Positions 29,111 through 42,124 of a stretch of DNA of 64,000 nucleotides are shown here, piece after piece. A program made the position numbers and the translations under genes. How positions within the stretch are numbered: the stretch's first letter is position 1; each line of letters opens with the position of its first letter. Source of the DNA: Camelus dromedarius (taxonomy: Eukaryota); the NCBI RefSeq assembly GCF_036321535.1, contig NC_087437.1:98272001-98336000 (forward strand), given 5' to 3'. The notes under the pieces were generated by a model. It ran no database searches. It was not told the DNA's origin and saw nothing but the letters and a program-made list of their open reading frames with translations.

Positions 29111-30827
29111 TTGAAAGAATCATGCTTTCAGGCCTCCTCTTGTACCTTTGAGGTTGATGCCAAATGCAGTCATTTACTGCCAGGGATGCACTACCTTTGC
29201 TGAAATGTGTTCTAGCTATTTGTCTACTAGTATATTATTTTACAATATGTGCTACATCATGACACGATGCCAAGACTTCTCTGACAATTTACAACTCTCT
29301 GAAGCTAGAGGAGATTATTGGATCTGCCCAGTACAAGCTGTCACATGTCTTCAACTTTCTTCAAGCTGACTAAGTTTAATCAGTGGCTTCACAGCAATGC
29401 ACTTGCAAAAGCTCTTAAAAACTCCCATGCCAGACATTACTGGGCTCTAGCACAGTCCTCTGGGTTTTGCAAAGGTCTGATTCATGCATTCCGGTATAAA
29501 CTCCCATCTGAAAAACATCCCTTGATTTTCATAGATGAGGAAGGTGCCCTGATGTGTAGAAATTAGTCTTCCCTCAAATCCATTTAGACATAAGAAAAAG
29601 GAATTCAGAAAACGACAATCACAGCTCATTTTATTAGTATCACACCATAAAATGTAGCCATTTACAAAACTAGCTTGTCTAGACCTTCACTGGTCCTGTG
29701 AAGGGTCCAGTGGAGGGTGGAGCAAGGGTGGACTTGAAAGAAAGACTAGATCCCTGTGGCACCCAGAGAAATGAGTCATTTAAGTATGTCGTACTGGGGG
29801 TCTTTTTTGACACTATTGCACACTTCAAGGTAATTTTTTTTTTTTAAGTTTTGAAAGATGAATAAAAAGTTTTAAGAGATAGTTCCTTTTTTGCAGGTGT
29901 GTACTTTTGAAGTTATCATCAATTATTGATATTTCAGTAAATTTAACTGTTAATTAGTTGAATATGCACAGACATCACTCATACATACAATGTGAATGGC
30001 AAAACTATTGGTTCCAACTTCTCTATAATCTGCATTTCTTAAGAAAAATGAAATCCATGTAGAATAAAGAAGGAAATCTCCCCAGTGAATTTAACCTAAT
30101 ACATCTATAAAATCAGTCGTGATTTGTAAGACACGTGTTAATGAAATGTACCTAACATTCAGTTCAGCTGTTCTTCTCCTGTAAGGGCTTGAAATGATTT
30201 AAATAAAATGGAGAATACAAAGTTTGCAAAAATGAGAAAATGCTCAGCTTTGTCAAACAGCACATAGATTCTTGATGTATTGAATACAGTCCTTGGAGGA
30301 GAAGAGGTAAGATCAGAAATAGAGTTATTGATACTTCCAGCCAGCCCTCCATCATATGCCCACTAACTCTACCAACAACAAATGATTTCATCAGAAAACA
30401 AGAATTTATAGTGTCAGTGCTTAATTGAATGGGGTGACTTATGTTCTCTTTTGAGAACCACAGGGACTGGGAGACTCAGCATTACATCATACAACACCAA
30501 ACTTTGAGATCTCTTGCTGTGTAGAGAAGGCAAACAGAAACTCTAGATTTGATAACACAACATAAAATGCCTGAAAGATCTTCGTACTTGGTTTTTTGGG
30601 ACTGTTTGATTATTTTTTACTTTTATTTATTTTTGTATGTATAAAGCAGAAAAATCATGTTAGGGCTACTAACCTGTGGGAAAAGGCCAATGAGACACAG
30701 AAAACATTCGCTTTTGAAAGGCTCTCTGATGGAAAGTTGAGGGGTTTAAATTGAGAAAAAAAATACTTTTGGGAGTCTCTACTTTGAAGAACTTTCTTTT
30801 GTCTCAAATGCTAGATCTGTCATGCAT

Positions 30828-30829
<2 letters not shown>

Positions 30830-30865
<36 letters not shown>
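30830..30865. repeat. (AC)18 microsatellite
   Basis: Perfect dinucleotide run. Confidence 0.97.
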
Positions 30866-30867
<2 letters not shown>

Positions 30868-30934
30868 CACAATGTTGCCTCAATGGTACTATTTGTAACG
30901 CCAACCCGTTTTGCACGAATGCTGGTGTTTACTC

Positions 30935-31150
30935 AAAAAATAGCAATTATTTAGATCTTGCTCTGTTCCAGACACAGTTCTAAGTGACTCACATATATTA
31001 ACTCAAGTCTTCACAACTATATTATGATCTCCATCTTTTAAGCATTAAAACTAAGGCTCAGAGAGGTTAAGTCACTTATTCAAGTCCACACAGCTAGTAA
31101 GTGAAAAAACAAGCCTTAAACTCAGAAGGCAGCCTGCAGGGCCCACAATG
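30935..31150 (-). mobile_element. MIR SINE
   Basis: aaactaaggctcagagaggttaagtcacttattcaagtccacacagctagtaagtg. Confidence 0.8.
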
Positions 31151-32051
31151 CTGTCTCTGTCCTCGACTAACTATCACTTGCTAAACTACTTCTCAGCAAG
31201 ATTGTGGAAGTATGAAATAGGTATCCCATAATACAGTCCTGCTGAGTAGTGGGCCAGAATTAGGACTGGGCTTTTCCCATGATGGGAACCCTTTCAGGGC
31301 CGCAGTCACAGCCATCATGTGGATTTGACTTTGCTTCCTGGAGAGAGCGGGGACAGAATGGAGCAGCAGCTCTGCCATCCCGAGGCAGGTCTGGACGGGA
31401 CCCACGACATTTATGCTAGGTTGCACCACTAAACCAGCTTCTCAAAGTAAGGTGGGTCAGTTCCAAGACAAAATTCTCACATATTTATTTGATTTAATCT
31501 TTAAAATCGCATCTGTCCTGCTGGAAATTAAGCTAATTAACTTTAGGAGGTTCCCCCACGCTCCCTGCTCTTCTTCTCTTCCCAACCAACAGTGACTCTG
31601 TGGTTGAGTGCAGAGCATGGAAGGTGGGAAAACCTGGATTTTCTCCTGCATAACCGAGGTCAAGTCATTTAACTGTTCTGCACCTTGGTTTTATCATCTG
31701 TCAGCTATAAGGATTCCTTCCCAGTTTAAAACTCTGATATTCTAGCTCACTGCATCCTGTGTGGACATTTCCATAAATTCCATGAACATTTGAATAAAAT
31801 AAGAAAAAACTTCATGAGAAGAGGGGTCATGTCCACCTTAGTCACCAATGCATATGCAGAACTTAGTACTTCGTAGGCAGTCTTTAAATATTTGCTGAAT
31901 ATTTGGAACTGTAAAAAGATCCCATATATGTAATGAACAAAAACCAAAGTAAAAACCAAGTATCTCAGAAAGAAGCCCTACATTTGGATCAGTAAATGCG
32001 GAATGGCCAGAAGTATTTAATTTACAGTGTATGCATTTTCTGAGAAAGATC

Positions 32052-32566
32052 CGATGAGGTTCAGGACATGCTATCCCAGAATAGGGTACCTTGGCGTATT
32101 GAATACTTTAAGCTGAAGAAGTTCGAGAAAATGGCAGAAGCAGAAAGGGCACTGCGACCTGCCCCCTTTGCCCTTCTTCCCTGAAACAAGTCATAAAACT
32201 CCCACGTGAAAGGTACCCAGAGGAAGGAAGACATTCTTATCACCAGAAGCAGGGATACAAACAAACCTTGTTAAACTAACCCTTATCTTCCTGGTTACCT
32301 CTTCCCCCTGATTACATATACATAGCCCAAAACCCTCTGTCTTGACAATTCTTCACAAACGTATTATTTCTGGGTCTAAAAAGGTGTAAAAACTTCCTTC
32401 TCTGGTCATTTCTTTGGGTCTTCATTCTCATGTGAAGACTCTCTTGTACATGTAAAAATTCTACAAAATGTGTATGCTTTCTCTCCTTATTCTGTCTTCA
32501 TCAGTTTAATTTTCAAAACCAATCGGGGACCCTAAAAGAGTCAAGGAAAGCATTTCCTCCTCTACA
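32052..32566 (+). mobile_element. MER34A-like ERV1 solo LTR with 4-bp TSD (GATC)
   Basis: Starts (c)gatgaggttcaggacatgctatcccagaatagggtaccttggc and ends ttcctcctctaca; GATC at 32048-32051 and 32567-32570. Confidence 0.88.
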
Positions 32567-33292
32567 GATCTAATAATAAGTGTTTTTTCTCAGAGATGGG
32601 ACTTTGTGTGTGTGTGTGTGTATGTGTGTTTTATTATTGAAATACAGAACTTTTACAAGCTCAAAAATACCTTTGTTTTTCTGGCAGTGTTTATTTAATT
32701 CATTATAGCCTGAAGGTTGCCAATAAATATACCTCATACACATAAGAAAAGTGCTATTGTCATCACAGTCTTGACCGTTGTAGCCCAAACTCACAAAACA
32801 ATGGAAAACTAAAATATTGTCTAGACTTATAAACTGTCTTTTCAACAAGCGCCCTTGTCTCACTGGTACCTACACTCTGTAGCACCTCAAAAGTAATCTC
32901 ATTTGCCAACATTAAACTTGGGCACACACACCACACAGGGACACTTAACATTATCATTATCTTGGGAACCCCAAATGACTAAGGATGGAATGCTATGAAG
33001 TCTTCAAAGTTCTGCAAAGTTTCTAGGTCAAACTTAAACAACTGTCACTGACTTTTTGGAGGATATTTTGAAATTACCAACTTGACTTCTCCCTCTTTTC
33101 TCCACATTTTGCTAAAAAAAATTGCTATTCTCACTAAAAGTTTCATTTAGGCTCAGTCAAATCAGTTTTAGGAAAATAGCAAAAGAGAACTGTGTGTGAG
33201 TTTTACGCTCTTCTGAGCATTTATGAATTGTTCCTTAATAAATGAAGTCTTACACCTGTAAAATTCTTTCACCTCCTCTCAAGGTAACTGAT

Positions 33293-33545
33293 GGGATTAA
33301 AGGAGAAGAATGGATAAATTGGGAGTTTGAGATGTGCAGATACTAATTACTAAATATGAAGTAGATAGCAAGTTTATACTGTATAGCACAAGGAACTATA
33401 TCCAATATCTTTTGGTAACCTACAAGGAAAAAAATATGAAAAGGAATATATGTATGTATATGTATAACTGAAACATTATGCTGAACATGAGAAATTGACA
33501 CAACATTATATACATTACTATACTTCAAGAAAAAAAGAAAAGAAA
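33293..33545 (+). mobile_element. Cetartiodactyl/camelid-type L1 3' end
   Basis: ggataaattgggagtttgaga...tgtatagcacaaggaactatatccaatatc...ctatacttcaagaaaaaaa. Confidence 0.85.
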
Positions 33546-33711
33546 CAATAGTGAACAAAAGGGAATCATGGCATAACTTCTTAAAAATAAATATATATTT
33601 GAATGTAAGGTATTGTCTGCTATGTTACCATTCCATGTTAGATGAAACATTTTTCGGTAACTGAATGCTAAATTTCCACGCAATTGACTTAGATTAGAAA
33701 CTAGAAGTTTA

Positions 33712-33946
33712 AAGAAAATTTCTTTTTTATTGAAATACAGTTGACTTACAATGTCATGTTAGTTTCTGGTGTATAGCATAGGGATTCAGTTTTGTATATA
33801 TATATATACACATATGTATATATATATATTCTTTGCCATAGTCTTTCTCATTATAGGTTATTACAAGCTATTGAATATAGTTCTTTATGCTATATAGTAG
33901 GACCTTGCTGTTTATCTATTTTATATATAGTAGCTTGTATCTGCTA
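33712..33946 (-). mobile_element. 5'-truncated L1 3' end with 16-bp TSD
   Basis: L1 3' UTR flanked by agaaactagaagttta (33696-33711) and agaaactagaatttta (33947-33962). Confidence 0.9.
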
Positions 33947-34044
33947 AGAAACTAGAATTTTATATTTAGTGATACTTATTTTGCTGTTAATGTGTATTTA
34001 ATTATCCTAAATTGACTGGGCTTGATAATTTTCACTCAAATCCA

Positions 34045-34838
34045 TTCAAAAATCTTGTCTCCGCCTTGAAAATATGTTCAGAAGAAGAAGAAAACTCCAA
34101 CCTGCACTTCTGTTGCTACCATCCTTATCCAAGCAAGAGTCATTTTTCTTAATGGGCCTCCTAACTCTCCTCCCTGTTTCCTCACTTGCTTTCCCCTATG
34201 TCTACTTTTAACAGAGCAGGTCAGGTCATCTAGTTACAGGAAAGTCAGACCATATTGTAATTCTGCACAAAATGTTCAAATGGCTACTCATTTCACCCAG
34301 GAAAAAAAAGGTGAAGTCCTTACAAAGACCACAAGGTTTGCACGATCTACCCACACGTGCACACACCTCTCCCCTTGCTCACTTCACTCCAGCCACACTT
34401 GATCTCCCCGTGGTTCTTTGGGTGGACCCGGCTTGCTCTCACCTGAGAATCGATGCACTGGTCACACCCTGAGTCTGAACTGTCTTCCCCCTGACAACTA
34501 CAAGACTAAATCGCTCCCTCCTTCAAGTCTCTCCTCAAATGTCACCTTCTCAAACTCCTACCATCCTGTTTGCAACCCTATCTGACCCCTAAACCTGGAC
34601 TTCTAAGTCCACATATCCTGTTCTTTCTTTTCTCCATAACACTGAGCATTTTCTAACAGTATATACAATTTTCTTATTTATTATGGATATTACTAATTTT
34701 CTGTCTTGTCTTCCCCACTAGAATGTAAACTCTGTGAGGAGAAGGATTTTTTATGTTTCGTTTACTAATGTTTTTCATGTACTGCATTTGGAATATTATA
34801 GGTATATCATAAATATTTGCTGAATGAATAAGTGAATT
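34045..34838 (+). mobile_element. LINE-2 (L2a-like) 3' region
   Basis: ctcacttcactccagccacact...ccttcaagtctctcctcaaatgtcaccttctc...ccccactagaatgtaaactc...taaatatttgctgaatgaat. Confidence 0.88.
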
Positions 34839-34869
34839 TGAAATTCTAACCACTAATTAAAATTTTCTC

Positions 34870-35312
34870 ACAAAATGAAACTGCAGAGGTAGTTGATGTC
34901 AAAGGTTTTTTCATTTAACAAGGTCAGGGCACTAATTCTTTGAGAATTCCTTTGTCTTTTCCTTGTCTTGGTTGCCTTGTATTTGCAATATGGCTGCCGC
35001 TAATCGAAGCATCTATCTGTGGTCAAGGCAGGAAGAAAGACAAAGGGAGAAGGACAGCTCTCTCCAAGAGAACAAAAGCTGTCTTTCCCTTAATCTCCCC
35101 TATAGACTTCTACTGGCTTAAATCTCACTGGTCAGAACTGGGTCATAGGGTCACGTTCAGCTGTAGGGAGCCTGAGAAAGGGGAACAAGGTTTCCATAAT
35201 TAATTTAGACCAATCATGAATCACCAGCTTCAGGTGAGAACATAGCCCGGGGATCCATTAAGTTGTGCCTAAGAGGAAAAGGATACTGGGGAGGCAATTA
35301 AACGGCTGCCAC
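34870..35312 (-). mobile_element. Old MaLR LTR (MLT1J/K-like)
   Basis: caatatggctgc...tctcactggtcagaactgggtca...cagctgtagggagcctgagaaa...ggatactggggaggcaa...tgccaca. Confidence 0.6.
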
Positions 35313-37940
35313 AGTCACGCTCTCGTGAAACTTGACTTTCTGAGCCTAGAGTAACACACAGGGAAAATAAAACTGTGCCAAAGGAGACACAAAGTGTTTA
35401 TTTCATTTAGGCTCAGAGAAAAGAAACAATTTACATGAGCTGATAAATTAATAGAAGTAACATAGAAGATAGTTCTTGAGTTTGTCCTTGGATAAGAGGA
35501 GCCAAATCAGAAAGACATTATAAGGTTGAGAATGGGGATTGGGTTGGGCATGAAAGACAGAATATCAACTCCATCATAAGTAGTGATAAAATTCAAACTG
35601 ATCACTTATACATTAAAGTAGAATTATGGCGAAATTTTATACCAACACTTAAGGAAATGTATACTGCTGAAAAGACACAGAATAACAAACTTTATGTCAC
35701 ATAATATCTCCTGAAAGGATTTGGGGCTTTTAGGGATACAGTTGAATATCAGTGATCTAATCCAATGTCTTCATTATAATCATGAAGAAACTGAGGCCCA
35801 GAGACGTTCATTGATTTTTCTAGGTCACGTGGCAGCTTTAAGGGCCAAACAGGACTGGTACTGAGATCTTTCTGTTCCATCATTATATTACCCAAATTTC
35901 ATTTCAGCATGGGTATCCTGCCTTGAAAAATATCACCAAGTAGCAATTTGTTATCACCAAACAACAAGATCCTTATTGTCCTCATCATGGCCTTGTTATG
36001 TCCAAGTCAAGCTGTGTTGCTAGTAAGTAACAAAACTTTGTTCCAGATTTGGATAGGCTGTCGTGAAAGAGTGCTGACACACTTATCAACAAAATCAGGA
36101 GGAAAATCGGGTAAGAAAAGGTCAGTGTTGACACAACTGAGTATAGCTTTGACTATTGACTGGACAGCTGTTAAATCCAGAGCTTTGTATCCCAGAAAAA
36201 TATTCAATTATCAAAAAGGCATTCACTCACCAGCTGCACATTGTTAAGATTTTCTAATATTTAAAAAGTCACAAAGGTTACCATGCTTAAAAAGGTCTTA
36301 TTGAACATTACTGTGCTGTCACAGAAATGGATTCTTTTACTATTTATTCAACTGTTCATTCAACTGAACTCACTGAGGAGGACTGTACTGCAAATATTGA
36401 AATGACTCCTGTTGGAGGCAGAGTGAATCAGCAGAAGTAGGTGGGGACCTCCACTGGCACAGGCTGAACACAAATGCTGAGAATAAAGAGCCCAATTTTG
36501 CATCCAGGGCACCAGCCTCCAGCAATTCCCTTATCAGCAAATCTTTCCAATTTGCATTGTCTATGCTCCAGACATAGAAAAATCCCATTTTAAATTTAAC
36601 AATAACAACAACAACAAAATGTACTAAGAAACTAGTGAAGGGAGAGCAGAGGAAAGCCTTAAGTCTGAAGCAGGAAATGTCGTCACAACTCAGTTTTCCT
36701 TCCTGACCTGAGGCAAATGATTGACTTTGAAACTGACAATGGCCAGCGGGGAGCTATTCAGAGAGTCAAGTGCCACCTGGTTTCATGTCACTGAACACGT
36801 AACAAAGAACAGGAAAAGAGAGGCTGGGGTAATGGGGGAAAGGTACCTATCAAATTACATCCTGAAATCTCAATCTTTCCCAAACAAATGTAAACACTTT
36901 AGATGCATCTGAATCATTCATTTTGAAAACCCAGCGGAGCCTTTCCTGGGCAAGGAGGGCAGATTAAAGCAACAATAACTCCTGCTTTGCTCAACTGATT
37001 TTTGAGATTGAGCTGACAAAACTGCTCGGGCAGAAACCTGGCCTCGCTTCCTTCCACCTACAGAATTAAAATGTCCCCCTTGGTTATAATGCCGGAGAAC
37101 AACAGAATAGCCGGGGAAATCCTAGTAGAGGGGAGGCATCCAGAGCTGAAAGGGCTGAGTTAGGACCACATATTGACTGGTTTTATTTAAAAGATTATGA
37201 TGATTTTCCTAATGAGCTGATCATCTGCCAAAGAGTATCATCACCTGTGACTGATTCCTCATCATTGTTACCAACCCACCTCATGTAATTACAGAACTAA
37301 AGGTCTCAACTTTCCTTCCATTATAGTCCCTTATTCATTCATTCACTGGTTTAATTTCACTCTTCCTTCCCCCGGTTAGCCACCCAGTAGATCTGACAGG
37401 CGTGATGCTGACTAATGGCAATGTGACAGGCAGAACAAGTTGCACAACCAGGTCATACACGCCCTTCCAGACAGGGAAATGGGGAGTCTGGGGCAGCCTG
37501 GGCTAACTGACGCTTGGCCTGGGAGAGTCAAGAAGGCTCCACTGGATCACTGACTTTGAGAAGTAGTGGAGGCAAAGATGAGAATTAAGGGAAGAAAGGG
37601 CATCCCAAGCAGAAAGAATGGTAGGTATAAAGGCGAGTAATTGTGGGAGGTCTTGGTAAGCTCAAGGAAGAATGGAAACATTCAGTACGCTAGGAAAGAA
37701 AGAGGTGTAGTCAGGATGGAAAGAGAAGGGATAAAGAGTGACCAGGGAGTTGGAGGAAATGAGACCCAGTAAGATAGGTCACCGTCCCAACAGCTTTTCC
37801 ACCTACTGGTTTCTCCTCCCAATGTGATACACCTCACCCCCACCGCTCCTGTGAAACTCAGTTGTCAGGGTCACCAGTGACCTTCTGATGACTGCATACA
37901 TAGGTAATTCTTGGACCTCATTTTACTTACCATCTTGGCA

Positions 37941-38818
37941 AGTAGCGTACCAAAGGCCAGGCTGTGAGAGCGGTTGCCCTTAATTAAGTACAGGCAATAA
38001 GGGGATGCGTTGTCTGTAAAGAATGTCAAAACAATAATAAAAACTGACAAGTTTGGTCATTTTGTATTATGGCAATGCACCAGGAATTCCAAACAATTTT
38101 AGAATACTCCTCCTCAAAACTCTTTGGTCGATTAAAGTTCTATGTAATCGCTATTATTACTCTTGCATTAAAAGTTATTAGATATGTATATTATAAAATG
38201 TTATATGTATGTATGTACACACAATTCAAATAAGCACACTTTTATCATTTATTCTTTAACAAATATCACATTCTACCTGAAAGTTAATTTCAGGAAGCTG
38301 CAGTTTTTCAGTTCACCCCAGTCACACATGGACTCATTTCAAGAGTAAATCCACAGTGATTCAGAATCGTTCTGGCTTGCTTTGGATATTGTGTGTGTGT
38401 CCAACCCTACAGGACACATATTACTATGTTTAATCAGTAGATTCCAAATAAACCATGACAACACAGAGATTGTAAAGACAAGAAAACAGAAATTGAATTA
38501 ATTCTGTCATTGTTATGTTCCCATAGGTGAGAACTTGTTATTCGTATTTAAAATCAAAACAGCAAAATAGGGTGTGAACTTTGCAGTATTATTTATTTAA
38601 TTGGTAAGAACAAATTTTAATTCATACACGAACTAGTTTACAAAGTTTAATATCTTTAAAGCTGTAATTTATTTTTTAAAATTGTGCAACAATTTAAAAT
38701 TAAAGGATAAATCAAGAAAATGAAGATGATTATTGACTTTTACATGATGATGACTTAAAATAATTTTACCATATGGAAGAGGGACTCACTTTGGGTATTA
38801 AACATGCTCATCAGTAAT
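37941..38818 (+). mobile_element. MER97-like hAT-Tip100 DNA transposon fossil
   Basis: agtagcgtaccaaaggc...gagcggttgccc...caggcaataaggggatgcgttgtctgta...aaaacaataataaaa...aatactcctcct. Confidence 0.75.
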
Positions 38819-38856
38819 CAGTGCAGGATTCAACACTTATGGCAACACTGTCCTTC

Positions 38857-39520
38857 TTTTTTCTTTTATTTTTATTGTATATATTTATTTAATTGAAATA
38901 TAATTGATTTACAATGTTATGTTAGTGTCTGGTGTACAGCAAAATGATTCAGTTATACATATATTCTCTTTCATATTTTTTTCATTATATGTTATCACAA
39001 GATATTGAATATAGTTCCCTGTGCTATAGCATAGGACCTTGTTGTTTATCTATTTTTATATATAGTGGTTTGTATCTGTTAATCCCAAACTCCTAATTTA
39101 TCTCTCCCCTTTCCCTTTTGGTAATCATAAGTTTGTTTTCTGTGTCTGTGAGTCTGTTTCTGTTTTGTAAATAAATTCATTCACTTTTTAGATTCCACAT
39201 ATAAGTGATAACATATGATATTTGTCTTTCTCTGTCTGAATTACTTCACTTAGCACAATAACCTTTAAGTCAATCCATGTTGCTGCAAATGGCATTATTC
39301 CATTCTTTTTTATGGCTGAGTAGTATTCCATTGTATATATATTCCACATCTTCTTTATCCATCTATCAGTGAACATTTAGGTTGCTTCCATGTCTTGGCT
39401 ACCATAAATAATTCTGCTATGAACATTATGGTGCATCTTTTTGAATTAGGGTTTTCTCCAGATACACATCCAGGAGTGAGATCGCTGAATCATATGGCAA
39501 TTCTATTTTTAATTTTTTTT
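38857..39520 (-). mobile_element. 5'-truncated cetartiodactyl-type L1 3' end
   Basis: T-rich tail, then ttgatttacaatgttatgttag...agattccacatataagtgata...gctgagtagtattccattgta; ORF 39188-39376 is an ORF2 tail (WIKKMWNIYTMEYYSAIKKN). Confidence 0.92.
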
Positions 39521-40850
39521 AATGCAGCATCTTTTTTTGGACACTCTCTTCTTTTGGCTTCTATGATGCACACTCTCCCAGTTTTCTCCTACCTAGTAGT
39601 CTCTTTTGTGAGGTATTGTCCTTCTTACACTCTAAAACACCACAGTTCTCAGAGTTCTTCCTAATCTACAAGGTTCCCTGGGCAATCTCTTTGGTACCAA
39701 AGGCTTCAATTATCAACTGCGTGCTAACAACTCCCAAATCTACACTTTCAGTCTAAATCTTTCTCCTGAAATATCTTGTTTATCCAACTCTATGCTGAAT
39801 ATCTTCCCTTGAACATAATTTAGACATCTCAAATTCATTTGTCTAAAACTGAGCTCATTAACATTCTGCCATTTGGTGGAGTCTGGAAAACCTTAATTTA
39901 TCCTATTCTTCTTTTACCCATGCCTACTCAACCACAGAGGCTGACAAATCTCTCTCCTAAATATGTCTTGTATCATCTGCTCATCTGCTTCCTCACTCTC
40001 ACTGCCATTACCTGTGCCATCATCCCCTCTTGCCACAATAGCTCCAGTTGCTGTCTTGTACATTACAGACAACTCTTCCTACTGGGTAAACTGGGCCACA
40101 TTACTAAATTGCTTAACATCATTTAATAAATTTCACTGTCTTTACTTACAAGATCCATATAAAAAGATCTCCTTTTTACCTTCAGAGCCTCATCTCTCAG
40201 GCACTGTGATTCAATTTCAGTTATTTTAACACATTAAGTTCTCTCCTACCCTCAAACCACTGCTTATGCTGCTTCCATCCTCTAAATTCCCAGAAAAATA
40301 CCATTTTCTCTGTAAAGGCTGACTGCTACTCAGATTTGGGCTAGGTGTCTTCCTCCTGCACACTGTCAGAGCACCAAGTCTGTCTCTCCCATTAGTCTTT
40401 AATTAGACTTTAAATTCCTTAAGAGCAGACACAGATATGCCTTACTCCTCACTGTATTTCTAGGGACCTTACATAATGCTGTTATAGAGTGGGCAGTAAT
40501 AAATACTTTGTTAAATGAACGATGTATAAATTGCTTTTTCCCTGATGAGAATTTCTCTACACCATGGATCATGGCAGCTTTGTCTATGGCTTACAGCAGC
40601 AATTGCTCCATTTTGACTTACTTCATCCTTAGAAAAGTTTTCCTATGCTTTATTATTTATAATCACATTAATGATTTATTTCAGAATATATTGTAGTATA
40701 AACAATGATACATGTTAAATGAAATCTGGCAAGTTTTTTTTTTTCCTCACTCTCAGGAAGGAAATGTGGATGATAAATACATTTAAAATCCACCATGTGG
40801 AGTGGAATGCAGAAGTTTTGGACAACTTTAGAATGATCCTTTCAATCTTA

Positions 40851-41012
40851 CTTTATTTTAAAATTTATTTTAATTTATTTTTTGGGTTTTTTTGGGGGGG
40901 TGGATAATTAGGTCTTCAATTTTTTACTTATTTTAATGGAGGCATTGGGGATTGAATCCAGCACCTAGTGCATGCCCATCACACACGCTACCACTGAGCT
41001 AAACCCTCCCCC
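40851..41012 (-). mobile_element. tRNA-derived SINE, camelid Vic-1-like, with 14-bp TSD
   Basis: Minus strand GGGGGAGGGTTTAGCTCAGTGGTAG (A box)...GGATTCAATCCCCA (B box)...CCTAATTA...A-rich tail; flanked by tcctttcaatctta (40837-40850) and tcctttcaatttta (41016-41029). Confidence 0.88.
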
Positions 41013-42124
41013 TTGTCCTTTCAATTTTAAATCCGTGTATCAACAGAGATGATCATTTCAAGTCTGCCTTGGTTCTCAGCGTCATAGGAGAGTGTGTAGT
41101 GGGGATCTTTTCTGATTCCAAATGAGGAGATAAGCAAGAACTACTAAAGCCAAGACACTTCATAAAGGAAAGGACGAAGCTTACATCACTGGAGAGGCCC
41201 AACTGAAGTCTGATGCCTAAGAAGGAAAAAAGAGGCCGTGTCGTATTCTCTAGCCAGCACGACGTTCCCTTCATGTTTGTATCAGCAGCAGCGCTGCCTC
41301 CTGGCCTGGTGTTCACAGGAGGCCGAGAGGCCACTGCCCGCTCTGGCCCCGTGCTGGCCCAAGGCGGGTCTGACGGCAGCAGGTAGCGGGCACCTGGACG
41401 GCGCTCCCCACGGGCCGTCAGGGGTTCTCGTCAGCTTCTCTCAGCCGGCAGATTTTGAACAGTGGGTATGTTCCAAATGTGTCAGGGCCTATTTTTCAAA
41501 CATCACTGCAGATTCATTCGTTATGTCTTGCCTTTTTTTAGACCTTGACAATAAAGGGACATTTTTAACCAAGGAAGGGAAAGAGAAGCTCGTGTACACT
41601 GATGTTTTATGACATGGCTAGGATGCACAGTGAGATTAACCTATTTCTTTGAGATCTTTGGGGCCCTATTATCTGTGACTCCTTGTTAGTTTCCTTTCTG
41701 GGGCTGCAGTTATATCTCCAAAGCGGGAGGATTCAAACTACGCTTTCATGATTATGCGCTCTGAATTCTGACATATTTCAAAGTGTGTACCTTCACGGAG
41801 ACTTTGAGGAAACACAGGGATCTGTATTCTGCTTCAGGTGTTTATATATATAGATGTGTGTGTGTGTGTGTGTGTCCAGCTTAGGATATAAATACCACAA
41901 GCATGAGAATCTTATCTTTGCTTTATTACTCTCCACAGGACAGTGAACACTGGACACTTAACAAATTTTCACACACACATATAACCCCCCGAAGATCTCT
42001 AATGTACTTCGTGCATGTTTACGGGCGCCTACGCCTGCTAGGAAGATATTTGAGGAATAGAATTTGGAGCATTAAAATGAACTCCTTTGTATTTTCTCTA
42101 TTTCCCACACAGCAGCAAGCGACG

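Larger units (their letters stand above)
37790..40522 (+). mobile_element. LINE-2 split into three pieces (about 37790-37940, 38820-38856, 39530-40522)
   Basis: ggtcaccagtgacct...ctcattttactt | gcaggattcaacac...ccttct | acactctcttcttttggcttc...aactcccaaatctac...taataaatactttgttaaatgaa. Confidence 0.75.

Noticed and set aside
37869..37882. ERE-like palindrome GGTCAccagTGACC
   Set aside because: The spacer is 4 bp rather than 3, and the sequence is a routine part of the L2 fragment.
40940..41012. tRNA-like sequence with A and B boxes
   Set aside because: It is the head of a SINE with an A-tail and TSD, not a tRNA gene.
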